From: Candidatus Stahliibacteriota bacterium
Lineage (GTDB): Bacteria; Hydrothermota; Tepidihabitantia; B3-TA06
DNA: 34,860 bases
NCBI GenBank assembly: GCA_030670165.1
Contig: DAOVCF010000003.1
Coordinates: 1 to 34,860, forward strand
Reading direction: 5' to 3'
The notes under the pieces are model-generated. The model was not told the origin of the DNA. It worked only from the letters and a program-made list of their open reading frames with translations, and made no database searches. Below are positions 16,622-22,484 of this stretch, one piece after another. The number at the start of each line of letters is the position of its first letter. Positions within the stretch are counted from its first letter, which is position 1. A program made the translations under genes and the position numbers.

Positions 16622-18043
16622 CTATTCGACCAGTACGACCTTTCCTGCGGTCGCACTGCCCGAAGAGGAACGGATAAAGTAGACGCCAAGCTCGTAACAC
16701 CCGTAACACCCGTAACACTTCCCCCAGGTGATCATTCCAGATGACTCGGTAGCGTGCAGCTCGTCCACCTTGCGGCCAGTTGCGTCAAAGATGGAAGCAT
16801 GAAAGCCTTGTGGGTGATCCGCGTAGCGCAGTACAATCTGTGGGCCGATGGAAGTTACCAGCTTCCAGTTTGGTGCTTCAACAACCCGATCCTCAACAAC
16901 AGCATCCACGTAACCCAGGGAATCGGTCTTGATGAGCCAAAGATCCCTTTCCTCTGCACCAGAAGGGTGAGTAGACCCCACGATGATATAACCCCCGTCG
17001 CTTGTTGCTTGAACACAGCTTCCATAGGCATGGCCTTCTCCTTTATAGGTTCTTTCCCAGCGAGGAACACCACCCAGATTCGTCTTAATCAAAACCGCCT
17101 CATCCTCAGGGTTTGACGCCACTATCACGCAGCCATCAGAAGCCAGGGCCATCGAATTGTACCAACCGTCATAATCTACCCAAATCTGGGGCGTAGGGTA
17201 TATGTAGCCATCTTCATCCGCTAAGAATAGACCTAAAGCAAAACGCATAGGCATTATTTCCCAGACCCCACTAATCATGTAATCTCCATCTTCTTTTTCA
17301 CGTACCACAAACCCTTCCGATGCCCCTCCTTCAATGTCATCAAAGGCAGCCGTCCAAAGGGTATCTCCCTGATCGTCAACCTTTAAAAGCCAAAGATCAT
17401 GTCCATATTCTTCTAAGCTGGAGGTATAGCCTGTAACTATATACCCACCATCAGAAGCCTCTTGAACGCAGTGGCCTTCATCATACCATTCTCCTCCATA
17501 GCTCCTCTCCCAAAGAATCTCTCCAAGCGAATCCAGTTTTACTAGCCAAAGATCGCTGTGTTTTCTGCCAGTAATGATGTAACCGTTATCTGTGGTTTGT
17601 TCTATCCAGTTACCTCCTTGCCCCCAGGAGCCTGTTCCCTCATATGTTTGAGTCCACAAGGTGTCTCCAAGGAAATCAGTCTTTAGAAGCCAGGTTATGG
17701 GTAGTCCTGAATCGACCGGGAAAGTCCCTCCAAGGATGATGTAGGCGCCGTCAAAGGTTTGACGCACCCGGAACCCCCAATCCCGGTTCTTGCTTCCGTA
17801 TATCTTTGTCCAGACCGTATCCCCCAAAGGATCGGTTTTTAAAAGCCAGAGATCGCTCTCTCCCGCACCGAATGAGCGAGTATATCCTGTGATAACGTAA
17901 CCTCCGTCATCTGTTTGCTCAACACATCGACCTGCATCGAAACCTACACCGCCGTAGGTGCGTGTCCAGCCGGCGTAGATTGTCTTAGGTATGACGGCAA
18001 ACGTTGTAGCCGACAGTAGAATGAATAAGGGCTTCCTACACAT
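16622..18043 (-). CDS. Secreted beta-propeller-like repeat protein with variant C-terminal sorting domain
   Basis: Start moved to ATG 18043 (AGGAGG at 18054-18049); signal-like N-terminus; diverged GGYIVTG...DLWLLKTD..GDT.W repeats; C-terminus IFDATGRKV...GVYFI...KVVLVE. Confidence 0.85.
   Translation of the reverse strand: MCRKPLFILLSATTFAVIPKTIYAGWTRTYGGVGFDAGRCVEQTDDGGYVITGYTRSFGAGESDLWLLKTDPLGDTVWTKIYGSKNRDWGFRVRQTFDGAYIILGGTFPVDSGLPITWLLKTDFLGDTLWTQTYEGTGSWGQGGNWIEQTTDNGYIITGRKHSDLWLVKLDSLGEILWERSYGGEWYDEGHCVQEASDGGYIVTGYTSSLEEYGHDLWLLKVDDQGDTLWTAAFDDIEGGASEGFVVREKEDGDYMISGVWEIMPMRFALGLFLADEDGYIYPTPQIWVDYDGWYNSMALASDGCVIVASNPEDEAVLIKTNLGGVPRWERTYKGEGHAYGSCVQATSDGGYIIVGSTHPSGAEERDLWLIKTDSLGYVDAVVEDRVVEAPNWKLVTSIGPQIVLRYADHPQGFHASIFDATGRKVDELHATESSGMITWGKCYGCYGCYELGVYFIRSSSGSATAGKVVLVE
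16693..16719. repeat. 9-bp tandem repeat (CGTAACACC)x3 inside a CDS, encoding CYGCYGCY
   Basis: cgtaacacc cgtaacacc cgtaacact. Confidence 0.9.
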
Positions 18044-18128
18044 TGCATCCTCCTGGTTTTTGCCGGTTGCCCGGCGTTTACCTGAGCCAAAGACCATCTT
18101 GTAAAAACCGCTCTATGTCATTTTATCT

Positions 18129-18156
18129 ATAATAGGTTGATTTTAGGGTTTGTCAA
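18129..18156 (-). promoter_or_regulatory. sigma70 promoter for 16622..18043
   Basis: TTGACA (18156-18151), N16, TATTAT (18134-18129). Confidence 0.6.
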
Positions 18157-18214
18157 GCAGGAAAAACCCGAAATTATCAGAAAAGCACAACAGATTCGTG
18201 GGGTGAAAAGAATG

Positions 18215-18242
18215 TTGACAACTTATCTTGACGGAGTAGAAT
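18215..18242 (+). promoter_or_regulatory. sigma70 promoter of tRNA-Thr
   Basis: TTGACA (18215-18220), N16, TAGAAT (18237-18242). Confidence 0.7.
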
Positions 18243-18255
18243 TCCGATAGACTAT

Positions 18256-18329
18256 TCCGGAGTAGCTCAGTTGGTCAGAGCAGCGGTTTTGTAAACCGCA
18301 GGTCGGGGGTTCGACTCCCTTCTCCGGCT
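18256..18329 (+). tRNA. tRNA-Thr(TGT), CCA not encoded, U1xC72 mismatch
   Basis: Cloverleaf: TCCGGAG TA GCTC AGTTGGTCA GAGC A GCGGT TT TGT AA ACCGC AGGTC GGGGG TTCGACT CCCTT CTCCGGC T. Confidence 0.93.
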
Positions 18330-18339
18330 TTTTTCTCGG

Positions 18340-18367
18340 TTGACAATCCTGTCACCTGGTGTAAAAT
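18340..18367 (+). promoter_or_regulatory. sigma70 promoter of tRNA-Tyr
   Basis: TTGACA (18340-18345), N16, TAAAAT (18362-18367). Confidence 0.7.
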
Positions 18368-18393
18368 TTAGGTCCGAATAATCTTAAATGATC

Positions 18394-18476
18394 GGGTAGG
18401 TACCCAAGTGGCCAAAGGGGGCAGACTGTAAATCTGCTGGCGAATGCCTTCGGGGGTTCGAATCCTCCCCTGCCCA
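18394..18476 (+). tRNA. tRNA-Tyr(GTA), long variable arm, CCA not encoded
   Basis: GGGTAGG...GCAGA CT GTA AA TCTGC, variable arm GGC-GAAT-GCC, GGGGG TTCGAAT CCTCC CCTGCCC A. Confidence 0.97.
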
Positions 18477-18510
18477 TTATTCTTCCTTTCAAAAGATGTG
18501 GCAAATAAGC

Positions 18511-18550
18511 TGGACAGAAGATGGACAAAAGGTGGACAAATCAAGGACAA
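18511..18550. repeat. Four (T/A)GGACA direct repeats with an exact 11-bp period
   Basis: TGGACAG at 18511, TGGACAA at 18522, TGGACAA at 18533, AGGACAA at 18544; a further GGGACAA at 18604. Confidence 0.8.
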
Positions 18551-18611
18551 TTTCCCCGGGGTTCCCATAAAGCTACGAAGTAGATTTATGGGGTAAAAAA
18601 AGTGGGACAAG

Positions 18612-18686
18612 GCGCGACTGCGTCGCAATTACAGATTACAGATTGAAGATTCAAGATTGAAAGATTTAAAGATAGCTCCGCAAGCG
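18612..18686. repeat. Small palindrome plus 7-8 bp degenerate tandem repeat (REP-like)
   Basis: GCGAC-tgc-GTCGC, then ATTACAG ATTACAG ATTGAAG ATTCAAG ATTGAAAG ATTTAAAG (18628-18671). Confidence 0.7.
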
Positions 18687-19340
18687 TCATCCTTCGGTAG
18701 CGAAGTCGGTCTTCTTTGGCAAATACTGCCTGACCAGACCATTGGTGTGCTCGTTGGTTCCTCTCTGCCATGAAGAGTAAGGTTCGTAGAAGAAGCACCG
18801 GATGTCTGTTTCTTTAGAGATGACTTCATGCTCAGCATTCTCTGGGCCATTGTCAAGAGTTAGAGTGCGGCGAGCGTCTTTTGGAAAGCGGATCAAACAG
18901 TTGATCATCGCCTGGGAGGTTAAAGAAGCAGTTCTGGCATCCAACCTCTCGACCTGAACCAACCTGCTTGAGCGTTCTACCATGGTTAATATAGCCGCCC
19001 TGCTCCGGCGTGAGATCAAGGTGTCTGCCTCCCAGTCCCCAAACCTAGCTCTGGTCTCAACTTCAGACGGCCGGTGCTCTATCCCTATCCTGCCCGCTAT
19101 CTGTTCCGGCGAGGAGTCTTCCTTGAGCTTGGACACCACGTAATCCCTGATCTTATCGTTCTTTAATCGCATCCTGCGGCTCGCCTTTGACCTGCGCTTA
19201 TCCGCTCGCACCTGAGCACGGTGGTCTATGTAGGAGTGGTGGACAGGCGATCTGTTGCGCCGCAACTCACGCGAGATGGTAGAGGGACTCCTGCCTAAAA
19301 CACGGTCCATCTCTCGAATAGATCGCCCGTCTCTACGCAT
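18687..19340 (-). pseudogene. IS30-family transposase pseudogene
   Basis: HTH LGRSPSTISRELRRN, FGDWEADT, TLDNGPE, PYSSWQRGTNEHTNGLVRQYLPK; the N-terminus, the ISHETIY region and the C-terminal LNxRPR segment are missing. Confidence 0.88.
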
Positions 19341-19497
19341 CGTATCTATACCCTATGAGCGCATAAAGCGCTCAAGGGGCACGCTGTCACCTCACGCTCC
19401 TTGAGTCCAAGATGTTGGTATCTTGAGTGCATACATCCTCAGGATAACGAAATCCCTCTCGCTTTCCAAGGTGTTGCACTTCATTATTGAACCCACG
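18687..19497 (-). mobile_element. Decayed IS30-family insertion sequence (left IR kept, right end lost)
   Basis: Minus-strand CGTGGGTTCAATAATGAAGTGCAACA (about 19497-19472) resembles IS30-family terminal IRs; a transposase remnant follows; no matching right IR was seen. Confidence 0.8.
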
Positions 19498-19499
19498 AC

Positions 19500-19527
19500 T
19501 TGCATAGTGAGTACAACCCAGTAGACT
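19500..19527 (+). promoter_or_regulatory. Putative sigma70 promoter of the antiporter, leaderless
   Basis: TTGCAT (19500-19505), N16, TAGACT (19522-19527); ATG at 19534, 6 nt later; abuts the IS30 end. Confidence 0.5.
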
Positions 19528-19533
19528 TTGCTG

Positions 19534-20553
19534 ATGATCTGGTTGTGGGTGCAATTCTTGGTATGTGTGGGGGTGATCGTTGCCGCCGGCACCTATCTCG
19601 TTAAGTTCGGCGACGTGATCGCGGAACGCACCAAGCTGGGAAGACTCTGGGCGGGGGCGATTCTCGTGGCCACCGCCACCTCGTTACCTGAACTCTTCAC
19701 CGGCGTCAGCTCCGTTCTCATATTTGACGTTCCGGATATCGCGGTAGGCACCCTGCTCGGCTCCTGCGTCTTTAATCTGCTTCTTCTGGTCATCCTTGAC
19801 TTTGCCTCCAAGAAAACATCGTTCTTTGACGGGGTTCATCCGGCATACATCGTAGAAACATCTTTCTCATTGGTTATGGTAGCAATCGTTGCTCTGGGGT
19901 TGTTCTTGTGCAATGCTTTGGAGTGCTTCCCTTGGGTTTGGCCTGGGAGCTTTCTTATTCCGATTATATACGTCTTTGCTGTACGCATCACTATGAGGGA
20001 AGGCAGGTATCCTCCCTATACCCAGGAGATGGTTGTCAGAGAAGAACCCAAGCCGAAGAACCGCTCCAAACGGAGACCTGTCAGTTTAGGCAAAGCCATA
20101 CTTGGCTATGCGATCTCGGCTGTTCTGGTTATCGCTGTTTCCCTGTGGCTGCCCGGGGTGGCCGCGCGGATCGCCGCCCGAACCGGCATCGGTACCAGCG
20201 TCATCGGCGGCATCCTGGTGGCGCTCACCACCTCCTTGCCCGAAATCGTCACCACCCTGGCCGCGTTACGCATCGGCGCGGCGGATATGGCGTTCTCCAA
20301 CGTGGTCGGCTCCAACATGTTCAACATGCTGATACTTTCGGTGGACGACATGCTCTACTTCAAGGGACCGATCACATCACACGTGTCCTCAATCAACCTC
20401 GCCACCGCCGTTATCGTTATGGGTATGACCGGGGTGGTGATCACCGCGCTCGCCGTGCGCAGACAGCGTAAGTTTCTCAGACTCTCCTGGGCCAGCTGGG
20501 CGCTGGTGGCAGGGTTTATCATAAACATCATCCTGGTGGTCTCCTCAAAGTAA
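19534..20553 (+). CDS. Ca2+/cation antiporter (CaCA, YrbG-like)
   Basis: Two alpha-repeats (ATSLPE...GSCVFN and TTSLPE...GSNMFN); about 10 TM segments. Confidence 0.92.
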   Translation: MIWLWVQFLVCVGVIVAAGTYLVKFGDVIAERTKLGRLWAGAILVATATSLPELFTGVSSVLIFDVPDIAVGTLLGSCVFNLLLLVILDFASKKTSFFDGVHPAYIVETSFSLVMVAIVALGLFLCNALECFPWVWPGSFLIPIIYVFAVRITMREGRYPPYTQEMVVREEPKPKNRSKRRPVSLGKAILGYAISAVLVIAVSLWLPGVAARIAARTGIGTSVIGGILVALTTSLPEIVTTLAALRIGAADMAFSNVVGSNMFNMLILSVDDMLYFKGPITSHVSSINLATAVIVMGMTGVVITALAVRRQRKFLRLSWASWALVAGFIINIILVVSSK

Positions 20554-20636
20554 GCTGCACGAGGGCTCAAGCAGAGGGCAAGTTTGGGTATTAAAAATGA
20601 CATAAAAGCCTTCCGTATCCGCGGCTGGTTTTGTCC

Positions 20637-20664
20637 TTGACAAGGAATGTGGGGTGGGTATCAT
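20637..20664 (+). promoter_or_regulatory. sigma70 promoter of the glmS...porU operon, leaderless
   Basis: TTGACA (20637-20642), N16, TATCAT (20659-20664); ATG at 20673, 8 nt later; no SD. Confidence 0.75.
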
Positions 20665-20672
20665 TAAGTTCC

Positions 20673-22481
20673 ATGTGTGGATTCTTTGCAATCTCCTTCT
20701 CCAGCCAACGTGCCGATCTCGGTAAGATACTCTACCGGGCCGGAACAAGGCTTGCTTACCGCGGATACGATACTGCAGGGGTGGCGACTATCTCTGAAGG
20801 CGGGAGGCTTGATCTCAGAAAGGACGCGGGTGAGGTCGAAGAACTCAACGAAAAGCTGGGGTTCTCGGAGATGACAGGTCAGCGCGGGATAATCCAGCTT
20901 CGTTGGGCCACTTTTGGATTTCCTAATCATCAAAACTCCCAGCCCCATCACGATTGCCGCAGGTTTCTCGTGGGGGCCCACAACGGGAACATAATCAACA
21001 CCCGCAGCCTGCGCGATGAGCTTTCCTCAAACGGTCATATACTGCTCGGTGAGAACGACGGCGAGGTGATACTGCATCTTTTGGAGGAACCTTTCTATCG
21101 TAGCAGGAATCTTGTCTATGCGGCCAAGGAGGCTGCTGCCAGAATGAAGGGTGCCTATGCTTACGTTACTACCTCCCTTGACGGCGACGGGTTCGTGTCG
21201 GTAAAGAACGGTTCTTCGCTTTTCCTGGGAGTCGGGGATGGATTTCGTTGTGTTTGCAGCGATCTGGTTGCCATCCTTGACCTTACCCGAAACGTGATAC
21301 AGCTTCAGGACGAAGACCTTGTCCACTTCACCTCGGATTCCCACAGGATTTACAATATCCGAAATATAGATGACCCGATCGAGCGGGAAACGCAGACCCT
21401 TTCCATTACCCCTGAGGAGATAACCAAGGGTGACTACCCCCATTTTATGCTCAAGGAGATTCACGAGATTCCTTCGAAGGCTCAAGAACTCATACGTTAT
21501 CTTCCCAAAGCAGAACATACTTCCACGGTGATTGAGAAGCTTGCATCTGCGCGAAGGGTTTTCTTCGTGGGTGCTGGTTCATCGCACTTTGCAGGGCTTT
21601 TAGGCTCGTTCTACTTCGGACGACTGGCCAAGATTCCGGTAACCCCCTCATTTGGCAGCGAGTTTCTGGAGAAGTATAAGGACTGTGTTGATGAACGAGA
21701 TGTAGTCCTTCTGATCTCCCAGAGCGGGGAAACCAAAGATATAAAGAACGTTCTTGACGCAATCCAGAATCGAACCCAGATTATCTCACTTGTGAACAAC
21801 ATCGGCTCAACCCTTGCCATGCGTTCGAGTTACGTTCTGCCAATAGCCTCCGATCTGGAGATAGCCGTGCCTGCAACCAAGACCTACGTTAACCAGGTTA
21901 TTGCCCTGCTCTACCTGGCGCTCAAGATTGCGCAGACTAAAGGCACGAACGGGCTTTCGGCACGCGAGTTCCTCGCTTTGCCCGATATGCTGCAGACCGT
22001 TCTCGACGATGAAGAGAAGATAGCACCATTTGTTGATTCCCTTATCAACTGGCCTGATGCCTACTATCTGGGTTACGGGATGAGCTATCCTGTGGTGCTT
22101 GAAGGGGCGCTCAAGATGAAGGAGATAACCTATCTCCATGTGGAAGGGATGTATTCCGGGGAGTTCAAGCATGGTTCTATCTCGCGACTTGAGAAAGGCT
22201 ATCCAGTGCTATTTGTGGTTTCTGCGCCTGAGAAGTACTACGTGCTTTCCCATGTTAACGAGGTCCGCACCCGCAAGGGCAGGGTTTTGACCATAGGTCC
22301 ACCCGATGAGGAGCTTGAGGCGGAATCCGATCTCTACTTCAAGTTGCCCCAGGCTCACCCGGTGCTCATGCCCATCCTTTCGACCGTTCCCCTGTACATG
22401 ATTGCCTATAGAACCGCGGTGGGTAGAGGGTTTAACCCGGATCGGCCTCGCAACATCTCAAAGACCATAACAGTGGATTAG
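20673..22481 (+). CDS. glmS: Glutamine--fructose-6-phosphate transaminase (isomerising)
   Basis: The start must be MCG at 20673 (Ntn catalytic Cys); YRGYD.AG, RWAT, HNG, FMLKEIHE, SQSGET, EGALKMKEI, GEFKHG, PRNISKTITVD. Confidence 0.92.
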   Translation: MCGFFAISFSSQRADLGKILYRAGTRLAYRGYDTAGVATISEGGRLDLRKDAGEVEELNEKLGFSEMTGQRGIIQLRWATFGFPNHQNSQPHHDCRRFLVGAHNGNIINTRSLRDELSSNGHILLGENDGEVILHLLEEPFYRSRNLVYAAKEAAARMKGAYAYVTTSLDGDGFVSVKNGSSLFLGVGDGFRCVCSDLVAILDLTRNVIQLQDEDLVHFTSDSHRIYNIRNIDDPIERETQTLSITPEEITKGDYPHFMLKEIHEIPSKAQELIRYLPKAEHTSTVIEKLASARRVFFVGAGSSHFAGLLGSFYFGRLAKIPVTPSFGSEFLEKYKDCVDERDVVLLISQSGETKDIKNVLDAIQNRTQIISLVNNIGSTLAMRSSYVLPIASDLEIAVPATKTYVNQVIALLYLALKIAQTKGTNGLSAREFLALPDMLQTVLDDEEKIAPFVDSLINWPDAYYLGYGMSYPVVLEGALKMKEITYLHVEGMYSGEFKHGSISRLEKGYPVLFVVSAPEKYYVLSHVNEVRTRKGRVLTIGPPDEELEAESDLYFKLPQAHPVLMPILSTVPLYMIAYRTAVGRGFNPDRPRNISKTITVD

Positions 22482-22484
22482 ATT

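Noticed and set aside
18368-18856. Short ORFs over the tRNA, repeat and IS region (18368..18628, 18586..18798, 18629..18856)
   Set aside because: They are antisense to tRNA-Tyr or run through repeats and alternative IS frames; no coding signals.
18480-20553. Intact prophage or genomic island at tRNA-Tyr
   Set aside because: No integrase, phage genes or duplicated tRNA 3' end were seen in the window; only scars remain.
20554-20672. glmS ribozyme upstream of glmS
   Set aside because: The promoter sits 8 nt from the ATG, leaving no leader to hold it.
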